From: a virus | Taxonomy: Duplodnaviria > Caudoviricetes | IMG/VR virus record: IMGVR_UViG_3300010158_000004 | Location: 1-60,292 of that record | DNA length: 60,292 nucleotides | Reading direction: 5' to 3' (one strand) | Part shown: piece after piece, positions 8,997 to 19,809 of the stretch | Layout: each line of letters starts with the position of its first letter | Numbering within the stretch: the stretch's first letter is position 1 | Made by a program: the position numbers and the translations under genes | Notes under the pieces: generated by a model | The model's database searches: none | Told to the model about the DNA's origin: nothing | Seen by the model: the letters and a program-made list of their open reading frames with translations, nothing else

Positions 8997-10790
8997 TTAA
9001 CGTATTGAAGTGTAATCTATCACTTTTCCGGCGGCGACAGGTGCTGCGGGTTGAGTCCCTGCTAACGCAGCAAAACCGGCTCTGCGAGTTTGCAAAGCAG
9101 TAGCGAAGGCAGCAGCGCGAGCTTGTTCTCGTGCTTCTGGTGTGGCAAACGGTGTTGCAATATTGTTCTTCGTCCAATCAGCCATATCCTTGGTCGCCAA
9201 TTCTTGAGCTTTGGCTTCCGCAGCTTCCGTCAATTTGTTTTGACCCATGCCAAACTTTCCACTGTAAACGTTGGTCATCAACGTGTTGTGTAAGTTAGCA
9301 ATGCCGTAGTCCTTGGCAATATTTGCGTTGTTGATTGCTATTGCATTTGCGTTTCGGGCATCGGCTTCTGACATGCCAGCAGCCAAGGTGTTGGAGTTCT
9401 TGATTGCATCGTGATGCAATTCCGCGCCCTTGAGTTGATAATCTGCAGCCTTGCCAAACAAGCCAGCAGCCATTGCGTTCTTGGATTGCTCCAAAGCAAT
9501 GCGGGACTCTGCCAGCTTTTGCTGGGTAGCCTGCGATTGATCCAAGGCCTCCCCATAGGACTTGAGCCCTTGACCAGCACCAGCGGCGATGGCTTCAAAG
9601 GGATTGCCAGAACGAATCATTCCGAGACCAGCTTGGATGATGGCTAGGTTCTGTTTGCGGTCAAGCAACTCCGATGACTTGTCATCCAGTTTCTGCAATT
9701 GCGCAAACGCCTTGCTGTTCTCAAAGTCATAACCAGCAGCCTTGGCTGCTTCTTGTAGATTGCGAACGTTTGCCTGAATGTCGTTGTACTGAGTTTCTAC
9801 TGGGTCAGTGCTTGCCTCAAGCATCTTCTTTTTGTAGAAGTCAAAGTCATGGGTCTCCATTGGCTTGGTTGCTAGGGCTGGATTTAGGTTTTTAGCTGCT
9901 GGAGCATTAGCCAATAGCTTTAAACCTGTATCTGCAGTAGGCAACAAATTCTTTGGTACGGCTCCCGGATACGGAATATCCTTGCGAACTCGTCCTTCGC
10001 CACCAAACATTTCTGGTGCCACAGGTGCAGTATTTGCAGGCGCGGGACTAGGTGCGACAGGGGCTGGAGCCTGCCCTGCAACATTGGTAATTGCAGGCGT
10101 CATTAGCTTTTGCAGAATGCTGGGCGCAGCATTGCCAAAACGAGAATCTGCTTGCTGCATCATTTGATTACGCAAGGCTTCCTTTTGCTGGAAATACTGG
10201 TTAGCAGATTGTGGATCTCCAGACTGCAACGCTGCAATCCATTGATTATTTGCATCTTGAAACTGCTGCACCGTAGGCTGGAATTGCGCGATGCTTTGCT
10301 GTTGAATCTGATCAAGGCTACTGACGCTACCGCCCGGATCAAACCTGCGGACACCATTCTCCATATGCACCGGTTCGCCGGTAATGCCTCCACCGGCCAT
10401 GCTTTGCATGCTAGGGACAGGCAGTTGCCCAATACCAGTGTTTTCCGGCAATTGCGCTTGTGGCGGTTGCTGCATCGGTTGACCCTGTGGGGCCATTTGG
10501 GGTGCCTGTTGTGGCATTTGTTGCGGCATTTGTGCTCTTGGGGCCATTTGTGCAATAGCTTGCTGAGTCACACTGGGTTGAACTTGTTGTGGTTGCTGTT
10601 GCTGTTGAGCCCGCTTCATGGCGTTAGCAACGCCCGAGGCAATCCCTACAACGTTAATGTCGTTCTGGTGCTGTGCGGCGTAGGCCTGAACAGCCTCCGG
10701 GGTTTTTAAACCATACAGATAGCTTGTAAGCTGATTGGCCTGTGCGGGCGACATGGTCGCCGGTTGACCTTGTGGATTTGGAGCAATCAT
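8997..10790 (-). CDS. Internal virion / DNA-ejection protein
   Basis: 597 aa, Q/A-rich helical; AIIQAGLGM...AGAGQGLKSY segment; directly upstream of the giant protein. Confidence 0.6.
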   Translation of the reverse strand: MIAPNPQGQPATMSPAQANQLTSYLYGLKTPEAVQAYAAQHQNDINVVGIASGVANAMKRAQQQQQPQQVQPSVTQQAIAQMAPRAQMPQQMPQQAPQMAPQGQPMQQPPQAQLPENTGIGQLPVPSMQSMAGGGITGEPVHMENGVRRFDPGGSVSSLDQIQQQSIAQFQPTVQQFQDANNQWIAALQSGDPQSANQYFQQKEALRNQMMQQADSRFGNAAPSILQKLMTPAITNVAGQAPAPVAPSPAPANTAPVAPEMFGGEGRVRKDIPYPGAVPKNLLPTADTGLKLLANAPAAKNLNPALATKPMETHDFDFYKKKMLEASTDPVETQYNDIQANVRNLQEAAKAAGYDFENSKAFAQLQKLDDKSSELLDRKQNLAIIQAGLGMIRSGNPFEAIAAGAGQGLKSYGEALDQSQATQQKLAESRIALEQSKNAMAAGLFGKAADYQLKGAELHHDAIKNSNTLAAGMSEADARNANAIAINNANIAKDYGIANLHNTLMTNVYSGKFGMGQNKLTEAAEAKAQELATKDMADWTKNNIATPFATPEAREQARAAAFATALQTRRAGFAALAGTQPAAPVAAGKVIDYTSIR

Positions 10791-11804
10791 TTAAGCACCC
10801 ATTTTGTGAATAGACAGAGCTACCAGTCCGCCCTTGGCGTACTTGATTTCACCGCCCTTAGCCTTTAAAGCACCTGCACCAACAGCAGCGGTACCCAGAC
10901 CTGCCGCAATAGAAACCGGGCTAGGTGTGGAGTAAACGCTCTGCTGACTTCCGCTGATTGGCAGACCCTGCAAGATGTTGGACATGAAGCCAAGCTGCTG
11001 GTATGGGTACTGCTTCTGGTTCTGGAAGTTTTGATACGCAGCCGTATCCAGATTCTGCTGGTACTGCTGTTGTTGAGCGCCCAACTGATTCTGTTGGTTG
11101 ATGATGCCCATCTGCTGGCCATACTGCGTTTGCCCAATGTTTGCCAAGTTTGATGCCGCGCTATTTGCTGCGTTTACACCAGCAAGACCAACATTTGCTC
11201 CCTGCATACCCAAGGCCGCTGCTTGCTGCATGTTCTGATTAGCAGTGTTGAAGGCTTGGTTGTATCCCTGACCAACCAAGTTGCTCATTGCCAATTGGTT
11301 GGCTTGGTTCTGCTGTGCGTTTTGAACGCCCATTCGGGAACCGCCAAAGGCACCGGCTTGTACGGCTTGGCCTTGATTTGCCTGCTGCTGCATGCCTTGC
11401 TGCTCGTTAAGCATTTGCATCTGCGGAGCCAAAGAGGCTTGCAAATATGGGTTCATGTACGACTGAACCGCGCTTGGATTGGTTGCATTCATGCCGTAAC
11501 TCATGCCAGCCTGAGCGCCCATACCTCCAAATCCAAGAGCACCTTGTCCTGCGTTTTGAGCCATGTTACTAGCTGCACCCAATTGAGGTGCTGTGCTCAT
11601 GTTTCTGGATGCGTTAAAGGATTGGTTCTGTAGATCGGAGAACCCAGCAACTTGCTCACCACCAAAAGGCTGGTACGGATTTTTGTTAATGTCGGTCAAC
11701 GCACCAACTTGCCCCAAAAGATTCTGCGCGTAAGGCGCAGCATAAGGCGCAAGAATGCTAGTTGTTTGTGTTTGTGATGTAGGGTTAGATCCGCCGCCGC
11801 TCAT
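10791..11804 (-). CDS. DNA transfer / pilot-like internal virion protein
   Basis: N-terminal MSGGGS..TQT, Q/A/G-rich, AGAFGGSR, C-terminal hydrophobic Gly/Ala helix. Confidence 0.65.
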   Translation of the reverse strand: MSGGGSNPTSQTQTTSILAPYAAPYAQNLLGQVGALTDINKNPYQPFGGEQVAGFSDLQNQSFNASRNMSTAPQLGAASNMAQNAGQGALGFGGMGAQAGMSYGMNATNPSAVQSYMNPYLQASLAPQMQMLNEQQGMQQQANQGQAVQAGAFGGSRMGVQNAQQNQANQLAMSNLVGQGYNQAFNTANQNMQQAAALGMQGANVGLAGVNAANSAASNLANIGQTQYGQQMGIINQQNQLGAQQQQYQQNLDTAAYQNFQNQKQYPYQQLGFMSNILQGLPISGSQQSVYSTPSPVSIAAGLGTAAVGAGALKAKGGEIKYAKGGLVALSIHKMGA

Positions 11805-11813
11805 AATAAGCTC

Positions 11814-12221
11814 CTAAATTCGTTTTTCCACGATAACGTGGCGTTCTTCAAATCCGTACCGTTGCCATAAACGCGCAACAGATTCCCGTGCAGCGCCCTG
11901 AATTTTAGTTGCACCGTATGCCCGCAACAACTCAGATAGTTGTTTAAATGTATCTTTGTTTGATATTAACTTACCGCCAATGAAGGTAATAAACGCTACA
12001 CGGTCATTTGGCATGTTGTTAAAAGATACGGTTGCTGCACCGCACAATTTTTCTTCATCGCTTATAGCAACTAGCAACAACCAAGAACCATTGCTCACCA
12101 ACATACGAATTTGGTCTAGCGTGTAATCACCACCACCAAAAAGATTTGCGTCTTCCAGATAGCCAGCTACCGCAGGCCACGCCTGCTGCACCATATCTAC
12201 TGGAACGGATTGAATCTTCAT
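11814..12221 (-). CDS. GNAT-fold virion-assembly protein (T7 gp13-like position)
   Basis: FITFIGG...GATKIQGAAR..VARLW.RYGF GNAT pattern; precedes the ejection proteins. Confidence 0.55.
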   Translation of the reverse strand: MKIQSVPVDMVQQAWPAVAGYLEDANLFGGGDYTLDQIRMLVSNGSWLLLVAISDEEKLCGAATVSFNNMPNDRVAFITFIGGKLISNKDTFKQLSELLRAYGATKIQGAARESVARLWQRYGFEERHVIVEKRI

Positions 12222-13645
12222 GCCGGTAAGTGTTGTTCTGCGTTGGTGTCTTTGGCGTAAGCGCTCTTGCCACCCATTGTCTTTGCTCGCCCGGCTTGAA
12301 TACGGTTCATCATGTCATACAGGCGCTTTGCGCCAGCGTTGGTTGATCCGTTGCCTAGCTCAGAAACAATACGGGCTGGCACAACAAATTCGCCTTCCGC
12401 CAGACGGGCGGGTTGGTGCTGGCCGATCTGCGCAGGGATGTCATCGGAAACACCGTCACCGGGGCCACGGAGCAATTGACCGCCATCGGAGTAGCTTCCA
12501 AGATTAGACATTCCGCCTGCGGCGTAGGTCATCAAACGCTCAGTTCCATGCAGTGCACCCATAGTTCCGCGCAGGCTTTCACCGCGAGCAGGGCCATGAG
12601 CCAAACCACCGCCAGCATATGGAGCAACATAGCTTGGCAACGCCGTCATGGTTTGCGTAAAGTATGGAGTCCTCGAATTAATTGGCGCGTTAGGGTTGTG
12701 GTACTGCGTAAAGCTATATGGGCGGACGGTGTTTAAGTAATCAGATGCAGCCGTGTGACCAACAGGTTGAGAAGATATCTCCATCAATGCCGGTGCAGCA
12801 GCAGCGCCCAAATACTTCAAAGCGCCCATATTGCCGCCCAAACGGCTTGTTAGGTCTGCAAGACCGTTAGATTGCCCTAAGTTCCTAAAGCCCTGCATTA
12901 AAGATGCACCGGGGGTTTCTGTTAAACCAGCACGGTAACGAGCAGCATAATCTTGAGCGGCTTGCTCATAGGGGGTTCGCATAGCTGCTTCGGTAACCTG
13001 TTGTGCCGCCTGTGTTGGGGCAGTTGCCGCTTGTGCTAAAGCATTATTTGTCGCAATAGCTTGAGTTGTAGGTGGAGGCGTATATGCGGCGGCAGTTGCT
13101 TGCGCTGCCTGTACTCGATCCATTACCGGGGATGGTGTAAACGTTGGGTTTGTCACATCAGCAAAACCACCCTTCATTGCTGCGGTAGTTCCAGAGTCCA
13201 ACGCAACTGGAGTTGGTGCTGCGGAAATTGCATTCTGTGCGGCGGCTTCTTGCAGAGCCGCAGGGCCAGCCAAAGTATTGGCACCGCTCTCCATCAGGCC
13301 GCTTGCCAAGCCAGCACCACCATACGCACCCAGACCAGCCATCAAACCTTTTTGCAGGTTACCGCCAGACAGTAACGTAGTTCCACCGCCAACAATACCA
13401 GCGCTCATCAAGGGGGAAAGTTCAGGGAAGAACATCGACAAGCCAGCGCCAGCAATGGTGGGAAGGATGGAGTCCAAAACACCCGCCTCAAGTAATCCAG
13501 TAGTTGGGTTGCGGGTCAATTGTTTGCCATGTTGTTGCGCAAGCGCCTGCAGTCCAGCTACTTCTGGCTTGGACATGTGAACGAGTTCGGTGTCGTTATT
13601 GCGCCCGGTGGACGCCAAATGTTGTGCTGCTAGGGCTAAACTCAT
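12218..13645 (-). CDS. Internal virion protein with C-terminal GPGDGxSDxIPA...LxxGEFV domain
   Basis: RBS GAGGAAG before MSLAL; GR..DT.LVHM...NP.TGL.EA N-terminal motif; C-terminal motif also seen in tape-measure/ejection proteins. Confidence 0.6.
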   Translation of the reverse strand: MSLALAAQHLASTGRNNDTELVHMSKPEVAGLQALAQQHGKQLTRNPTTGLLEAGVLDSILPTIAGAGLSMFFPELSPLMSAGIVGGGTTLLSGGNLQKGLMAGLGAYGGAGLASGLMESGANTLAGPAALQEAAAQNAISAAPTPVALDSGTTAAMKGGFADVTNPTFTPSPVMDRVQAAQATAAAYTPPPTTQAIATNNALAQAATAPTQAAQQVTEAAMRTPYEQAAQDYAARYRAGLTETPGASLMQGFRNLGQSNGLADLTSRLGGNMGALKYLGAAAAPALMEISSQPVGHTAASDYLNTVRPYSFTQYHNPNAPINSRTPYFTQTMTALPSYVAPYAGGGLAHGPARGESLRGTMGALHGTERLMTYAAGGMSNLGSYSDGGQLLRGPGDGVSDDIPAQIGQHQPARLAEGEFVVPARIVSELGNGSTNAGAKRLYDMMNRIQAGRAKTMGGKSAYAKDTNAEQHLPA

Positions 13646-13686
13646 GGCTTCCTCGCGTGTAAATGGTTGATTGAGTTTATCATGGG

Positions 13687-14067
13687 TCAGCCAATTCTCC
13701 AATTAGTTCCGTCGGAGTAAATTGGCACGGGGTTTGTGCCGCCGCCCGAAACTATGGAGGCAAATGTGGTTGCCGTAGCATCGGAAACAAAAGACCTAAC
13801 ACCAACCCCGGAAATTGCCGCACTAGGTAAGTCCCCAACCTTATATATGTATGGGTTCTGCGGATTGGTATTATTTTGATTTGCTTGGCTCGCTGATAGC
13901 GTGGTTGCACTTAATTGATTAACCGTATTATTTATTTGGTTAAAGTAAAGGCGCAGAACGTTGGAATACATCTCTTGGGTTTGAGCGTTGTATTCTTCCG
14001 AAAACTGCGGAAGTCTTGGCACAGCCAAGCCCGCTGTTTTTGTTGATGCCGTTACGGTATTTGTCAT
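13687..14067 (-). CDS. Tail structural protein
   Basis: LP...EEY...LRLYFNQI N-terminus; [15 protein letters not shown]-terminus typical of fibre/needle-associated proteins. Confidence 0.5.
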   Translation of the reverse strand: MTNTVTASTKTAGLAVPRLPQFSEEYNAQTQEMYSNVLRLYFNQINNTVNQLSATTLSASQANQNNTNPQNPYIYKVGDLPSAAISGVGVRSFVSDATATTFASIVSGGGTNPVPIYSDGTNWRIG

Positions 14068-16358
14068 GCTCTGCGCCCATCAGGTCGAACATCCACACGG
14101 GGAACACCAAGCTGCCAAGCCACACCGAGTGTATTGGAGGAAACCCGGAAGGCCATCTCTCTTCCACGCACCCGGATATTGACCTGCTGTGTAAACTGCT
14201 GTGTTCCGTAGTACGGAATGGTATTGGTATAGGCTTGCGAGCTAGTTACAGTTGGCTGTGTTACGTTTACCGTATAAGCGGAGCCGGGGTTCTGGCGCGG
14301 CCACAGGGTCATGGTAACCGATGGGTTACTTGCAGTTGAGCTATTGAACGTGATATCCGGAACCATGCGCCAAGCAAAGCCGTAGCGGTCACCGTCTTGA
14401 ATGTCCACATCTGCGGACTGAATGTAGGCATCAATGGCCGTTGGAACTCCGGGGCCACCGCCAGCCACATAGTTGGGGTACACCGTTGTACCATCATCAA
14501 CGCCGTTCTCTTGGTAAATAAGCAGGCCGTTGTTTTGCCCGTCTGCGGTGTAGCCAGCGGACAATGGATATCCACGCAGATGACCTCCAGACCAAGCTGT
14601 ACGCGCGGCAACATAACCCGCAGAGTTCTGGGCGGAAAGTCCGTTGGTATTGCCGTAGGCCCAAGACTGGTCAAGGTAATTAAAGATGACGTAGCTATCA
14701 ATGGTCTGCGAAGCTGCAGAGCAATAGAACCACCAGATTTCGCTAAAACCTTCGTTTACACCAGCAAAGCATTGCGATGCTTGGGATAGGTTAATGTTCT
14801 CATACACGTATTTACGCATTGCGCTTGGCAGTGTCTGCATTGTTCCGTTGTAGAAATAAAACTTATCCAGACCCATCCAGAAAACAGTATTATTTGCCGC
14901 AACCGCCGCGTTAGGACTGATGAGTGATGTTGCCGCCGATATGATTTGGAAACCCCATACATAAGGAGGGCCGATGTACTGTTGTACATACAGAGCTGTA
15001 TCCGTGAGAATAAATATCTCTTGGCGGGTTTGAAGCGCAGTTTTAATACCCGTTCCGTTACTGAGCCGGAAGTTACCCGCTTGATTGGTGGGTTGTGGAT
15101 TCCAAACGGTAATATTCTCTTGGTCAGACCAAGAAATAAGCATGGGGTCTTGCTGGCCGTCACCTTGGTTATCCGTGCCGTAGGCAATTACAAAACGAGA
15201 TGAGTCCGAAACAAGAACAAAGTTTGCAATGGTCGGGCAGGCTTCAGTACCTGCATCTGTGTACCAATACTGAATACCGTTTTGAGTGTTGGTGTTAGTC
15301 GGGCCTATCTGCTGTGCGCGGTTATAGGTTACGGCGTTAGTGTCCACAACCCAGTAATAAATAGGGCCACCGCGAGCATTAAATACTAAGTTTTGACCGT
15401 AGTTTGATTGGCTCCACAAACGAAGCTGATACGCATAGGCCAAACCCGCGCTACTGGATTGCCCCCATCCAGTTTGTGGTGTGGTTGTAATTGTGGTTGA
15501 CGCAACGGTCTGTGATATGGATACCGTATATGTTCCGGTTCCACCATTTCCGGTTCCAAGCGCAGTAATGACTGTGTTTGCAGTAACACCCGTGCCAGTT
15601 AGTACTTGGCCGACAACGATGGTTCCGCTGATTACTGATGTGACTGTGAGCGTGGTTGTACTTATGGAACCAACAAAAATAGCAGCAGTAACTCCGGGAT
15701 TGTATCCGCCCCACCCACCAGCACCCCAGCCCGTACCAATAGAGGCTGTATTTCCACCGGTTGCAACTTGGTATTGAGCAACCGTTGACCCGCCTCCGTT
15801 ACCCGTATCCGAAGCGTTGGCGTTTACCGATGCTTTTATAGTAAATGTACTTGTTGTAGGTACGGAAACCACTTGGAACTCTGCATTTAGGATGGCGGCG
15901 GTAATATTTCCACCCAAGCTCGCAGCGCCACTAAAGGTAACAAAGTCCCCGATGGTCACACCACTGTAGGTGTTTGTAACCGTAATAATATTGGAGCCAT
16001 TAGTTGCTGCAAAGGTGACAGCGCCAGCGGCAGTTGTTTTCCGGATTGGAGTTACGTCATAAAAATAACCACCGCTGCCGTTTTGAATGTAATACTTTAG
16101 CGTTGTTCCAATCCCCAAGTAAGAATACCCGGATATGGACGCCCATGTGAACAGCGATTTTGCAATGCCCCAGTAATTGCCCGAAGCGGGTTTGTACGCA
16201 GCAGCAACCGTACCCGAATCAAGTGTCCAGCCACCCAGCTTTTCAGGATATCCAGAACGGAAACGTATATTGTTTCCAGAATACCAGCCACCTTTACCCG
16301 CAAGAGAGGTTATCTCTTGGTTTATACCGGGTTTAAACTGGAACTTGATTAACGGCAT
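14064..16358 (-). CDS. Tail nozzle / tail tubular protein B (P22 gp10-like beta-propeller)
   Basis: 764 aa; FKPGIN...NIRFR.G.PEKLGGW start, WSDQE..W.P..TNQAG, EIWWFY; position in tail module. Confidence 0.75.
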   Translation of the reverse strand: MPLIKFQFKPGINQEITSLAGKGGWYSGNNIRFRSGYPEKLGGWTLDSGTVAAAYKPASGNYWGIAKSLFTWASISGYSYLGIGTTLKYYIQNGSGGYFYDVTPIRKTTAAGAVTFAATNGSNIITVTNTYSGVTIGDFVTFSGAASLGGNITAAILNAEFQVVSVPTTSTFTIKASVNANASDTGNGGGSTVAQYQVATGGNTASIGTGWGAGGWGGYNPGVTAAIFVGSISTTTLTVTSVISGTIVVGQVLTGTGVTANTVITALGTGNGGTGTYTVSISQTVASTTITTTPQTGWGQSSSAGLAYAYQLRLWSQSNYGQNLVFNARGGPIYYWVVDTNAVTYNRAQQIGPTNTNTQNGIQYWYTDAGTEACPTIANFVLVSDSSRFVIAYGTDNQGDGQQDPMLISWSDQENITVWNPQPTNQAGNFRLSNGTGIKTALQTRQEIFILTDTALYVQQYIGPPYVWGFQIISAATSLISPNAAVAANNTVFWMGLDKFYFYNGTMQTLPSAMRKYVYENINLSQASQCFAGVNEGFSEIWWFYCSAASQTIDSYVIFNYLDQSWAYGNTNGLSAQNSAGYVAARTAWSGGHLRGYPLSAGYTADGQNNGLLIYQENGVDDGTTVYPNYVAGGGPGVPTAIDAYIQSADVDIQDGDRYGFAWRMVPDITFNSSTASNPSVTMTLWPRQNPGSAYTVNVTQPTVTSSQAYTNTIPYYGTQQFTQQVNIRVRGREMAFRVSSNTLGVAWQLGVPRVDVRPDGRRA

Positions 16359-16363
16359 GATTC

Positions 16364-16792
16364 TTACGCAAACGCGCGTGTGCCTGCTTTGTCAATAATA
16401 AGGGCTTGCCGACGGGGGAAGTGCCCAATGTCATTCACTACGCTGATGTGCGTCCAAGCATCAAACTCACGGATGATCTGGTCATAGGGAAGGTTGGCAG
16501 AAATGATGGCACGAACCACCTCATCGGGGGTCATTCCGGGAACGCGGATGTCTGCAGCGCAGCCCAAGCGATGCTGGCTGGTATCTTTTGAGCCTACCGC
16601 ATCATTGACTTGCTTGCTGCGAAACGCAGAGTTGACCATGATGGGCTTACCTCCGAGGGTGGCCTTGACCTGCTCAAGCAATCCAGCCACACGTACCAAG
16701 TTTGCTTTTTCATCTGCATTGGGTGTGTTATCAAACTCACGGTGGTCGGTATGGGTTAGTTCTTCGAGGGTGAAGTGTTCTGTGAGGTTCAT
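16364..16792 (-). CDS. Endolysin, peptidase M15A family
   Basis: [24 protein letters not shown]...SQH..GCAADI, DQIIREF..WTHIS. Confidence 0.9.
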   Translation of the reverse strand: MNLTEHFTLEELTHTDHREFDNTPNADEKANLVRVAGLLEQVKATLGGKPIMVNSAFRSKQVNDAVGSKDTSQHRLGCAADIRVPGMTPDEVVRAIISANLPYDQIIREFDAWTHISVVNDIGHFPRRQALIIDKAGTRAFA

Positions 16793-17283
16793 ACTGTTGG
16801 GCTCGACTGATGAAGGAGTTGGTCTTTGTTTTGGCTGGAGGCGCTGGAGCCAAAGTAGAAGGCAATAATACCCGTCCAAGCCGTTCCAAGCGAGCCCAAC
16901 ATTAACATAAGCGCATCAGAGGTGGCAAACGTTTTGGTCATCAGTCCAATCAGGATCCCAAAGAAGCCAAGCGTAACCAATAGAGCCAGCACGGGCGGCA
17001 CAATAGAACGGGTTGTGGACTGCATATCACGGGCAGACTTGCGGTCATCAACGGCCAACTTGGCAAAGTCCAAGCCAAGTTCCTGAGCCCGAGCCTTGAT
17101 GGCAATCTCCGCCTGCTGGATAGATGCAATTTGTTCGCTGGTCAATTTGCCAGATTCAATGGTCTTCTGTGCATCATCGGCAGAAATACCGAGAGCGTTG
17201 GCAGCAATACCATACGCCATAGTGCCGAAAGGCCCCGCAATAGCGGTGGCCAATGTGGGTGCAATTGCTTTTAACCAGTCCAT
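16789..17283 (-). CDS. Holin (multi-TM)
   Basis: DRKSARDM followed by two hydrophobic helices and FYFGSS; adjacent to the endolysin. Confidence 0.75.
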   Translation of the reverse strand: MDWLKAIAPTLATAIAGPFGTMAYGIAANALGISADDAQKTIESGKLTSEQIASIQQAEIAIKARAQELGLDFAKLAVDDRKSARDMQSTTRSIVPPVLALLVTLGFFGILIGLMTKTFATSDALMLMLGSLGTAWTGIIAFYFGSSASSQNKDQLLHQSSPTV

Positions 17284-17284
17284 T

Positions 17285-17764
17285 TTATTTCCTTATGAAG
17301 TCAATGTATTCCATCGTACCCCACGCCAATAGGGTAATAAGCAGTGCACCGGCGGCTATCGCCAGTACCATTTCAATTGCTTCCGAAATTTCTTGTTTTC
17401 GCTTGGCTTTTGCCTTTTCCATAGCCACCTCCTCCGCTTTGCGTTTTTGCACAATCTTGTTGCGCTCCATCAGAATTGCCTGCCATACATCGGCTTGACC
17501 AGACCAGATCAGGTGCTGCTTCAGTTCATTCTCTGCGTCCTGCAACTGCTTGGCATGCAGTACCGTCTCAAACGCCTGCGCGGTGTCCGACTTACCAAAT
17601 CCTTTCTTTGGCTCAGATGCAGCTTTTGCAACAACGTCCTTGGCCTCAAAGAACTTCATCAGATCACCGGAAATAGCTCCGATGTCCTTGCCCATTTTAA
17701 TCGCGGCTTGGACTCCCTTAATGGCCGCTTGGGCCGTAGCAAAGGCGGTGATCGGGTCAATCAT
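17285..17764 (-). CDS. Lysis-module membrane-anchored protein
   Basis: MIDPITAFA start, coiled coil, C-terminal TM helix. Confidence 0.5.
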   Translation of the reverse strand: MIDPITAFATAQAAIKGVQAAIKMGKDIGAISGDLMKFFEAKDVVAKAASEPKKGFGKSDTAQAFETVLHAKQLQDAENELKQHLIWSGQADVWQAILMERNKIVQKRKAEEVAMEKAKAKRKQEISEAIEMVLAIAAGALLITLLAWGTMEYIDFIRK

Positions 17765-17787
17765 GTTTAATCCATTTGCGTCACTAA

Positions 17788-17967
17788 TTATGCGCTTACG
17801 TTGTCAGCGGGCAGCGGAGTATTGCCCCCTTCCAGCCACCTAAAATATTCTTGGTAGTCTGTGTTGGCGGGGTTCATTGGTATATCCCACCATTGTGTTT
17901 TATCTTCAGTCACATATTTTCTGACTGCTTTAGGCTCTTCGCCAGAATATGAAATTAATTTATACAT
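17788..17967 (-). CDS. Small tail-fibre assembly protein (59 aa; not in the supplied ORF track)
   Basis: Manual translation MYKLISY...IPMNPANTDYQEYFRWLEGGNTPLPAD; directly follows the fibre gene. Confidence 0.7.
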   Translation of the reverse strand: MYKLISYSGEEPKAVRKYVTEDKTQWWDIPMNPANTDYQEYFRWLEGGNTPLPADNVSA

Positions 17968-19800
17968 TTATAACTCCGCAGATGCAGCCGAACGATAACC
18001 ATATACAAAACAAGAACCCGCAGTATTCGAATATAATGCAGCTAATCCAGCAGAAACCCCCGAATATGTTGCACTAAAAGCATTTGAGCCATTATTTGTA
18101 ACTGTTTGAGCAACATTTGGGTCGGCTGATAAAGTTGCAAAAGATGGAACAGTTCTCATATCTACTTTATACGGAACAGAAGTTCCTAAACTTGCTCCTG
18201 CTCCTGTTGCAGTAAAACCAAGATTAAACGAAACCCATTGAAAATACCGCTGACACAAAGCTAACTCGGTGCCATAAGGACGGTAGTCAAAGCTAGTTGC
18301 TATTGAGCCTTTTTCTAGCTGAATATTATCAACAACCCAAGTGCCTGAGGTTTGCGCACCAACAGTAAATACAACCTCTATACCTGTTGTAGCGGCAGAG
18401 GGGATGCTAATTTGAGTGTTGTAGTTTGTTATAGTTGATGTAACAGTAAATGTACCGGTAGCAATTTGAGTACGTGTAGGGCTGGCCAATGTACCAAATG
18501 TATCTGCCGTGTTTGCGTAGTATGCAGTCCACGTCACTGTAGTCAACAAACTATTTGAAATATCAACAGATAACGTAGCCGTAGAACCAGCTAAATCATA
18601 ACTATTTAACTGTTCAATACGTTGTCCAATACCAACCGCAGTAACAGATGCTGCGCCCGTAATTTGCAACCTATTTTTTACTGCGCCAGTACCAGCAACT
18701 TGCGCAGCAGTGACGTTTGCACCAGTGCAATATACGTACCAACGGTCAACAGTTGAATAACCAGCAGCAATTGTGCTTCCCGCTGTAATTGTCGCAGAAG
18801 TAGCTCTTTGGGCAATTTGCATTGCCCCATTAAAGAAGCGATTTTTGAAACTAAAGGTGTTGGGGGTATTTATTTCGTTTACAAAAACAGCGTTTCCGCC
18901 GGAGTTAATACGCATCCGCTCTGTTGAGCCGCTTTTGATAATTAGAGCACCGTTGGTGCCGGGTGTTGTTCCGTAGGCTGCACCCGTGGTAATTGTTACG
19001 TTACCGCCGCTGGAGGTTGTTGTGCTGTTGTATCCGTCCGTGGCTGTGATTGTGATATTGCCGCCGTTTTGACCGGCAATTTGAGATGCACCGGCGGATA
19101 CGCTTGCTGAACCCGGAGTGCCTGCTGCGTTTAAACTATTACCAGCACCAGCGGTTAAAGAAACATTGCCGCCAACCCCCGACCCAGTTGCCAAGGTTCC
19201 CGCTGCGCCAGCGGTCAAAGATAAGGCACCGCCGGAGCCAGCCGATGTTGTCGAGCTTCCCTTACCTGCCGTAATGGCTACAGCGCTTCCTGCGGTTCCC
19301 GATGTTGTAGGTTGTGTGCCGGTTATAGCAGTAATATCTGTGTTTACACCTGCGCCTGTGATTGCGGGGGTAATTTTGACGTAGTCGGTTCCGTTGTACG
19401 CAACAACTGCGCGTTCCCCGTCTGCAAGGGTAAAAACACCAGAGCGTCCGCTTGCTGCAATGGTAAGTGCGAAGGGGCCTCCGGTACTTCCACCTGCGTT
19501 GTTGATAAAGTACCACTTACTAGATGCTGGCAGGGTCAGGGTTCGCGCGGCGGTCTTGTTACCGGTTATATTCAGAATGGCATACTGCGCGGTTGTGGAT
19601 CCAATATTGGTTGCCGATGATGTTCCAGCGGTGTTGGAAAGGGTTACGTTTGCCGTGGTGATAGAGACCGAAAGACCGCCAGCAATGGCAATGTCCAAAT
19701 ATTGCGTAAGTCCGTTGTCCACTACATCGCCCCAAGTTCCAGACTCGGTTCCCGTGGTGATAAGCGGCAAGCTAAGGTTGGTTGAAGGCGTATATGACAT
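17968..19800 (-). CDS. Tail fibre protein
   Basis: TGTESGTWG N-terminal anchor, Gly/Thr-rich shaft, FKNRFFNGAMQIAQR...QLEKGSIATSFDYRPYGTELALCQRYF tip. Confidence 0.85.
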   Translation of the reverse strand: MSYTPSTNLSLPLITTGTESGTWGDVVDNGLTQYLDIAIAGGLSVSITTANVTLSNTAGTSSATNIGSTTAQYAILNITGNKTAARTLTLPASSKWYFINNAGGSTGGPFALTIAASGRSGVFTLADGERAVVAYNGTDYVKITPAITGAGVNTDITAITGTQPTTSGTAGSAVAITAGKGSSTTSAGSGGALSLTAGAAGTLATGSGVGGNVSLTAGAGNSLNAAGTPGSASVSAGASQIAGQNGGNITITATDGYNSTTTSSGGNVTITTGAAYGTTPGTNGALIIKSGSTERMRINSGGNAVFVNEINTPNTFSFKNRFFNGAMQIAQRATSATITAGSTIAAGYSTVDRWYVYCTGANVTAAQVAGTGAVKNRLQITGAASVTAVGIGQRIEQLNSYDLAGSTATLSVDISNSLLTTVTWTAYYANTADTFGTLASPTRTQIATGTFTVTSTITNYNTQISIPSAATTGIEVVFTVGAQTSGTWVVDNIQLEKGSIATSFDYRPYGTELALCQRYFQWVSFNLGFTATGAGASLGTSVPYKVDMRTVPSFATLSADPNVAQTVTNNGSNAFSATYSGVSAGLAALYSNTAGSCFVYGYRSAASAEL

Positions 19801-19809
19801 GTGTTACCT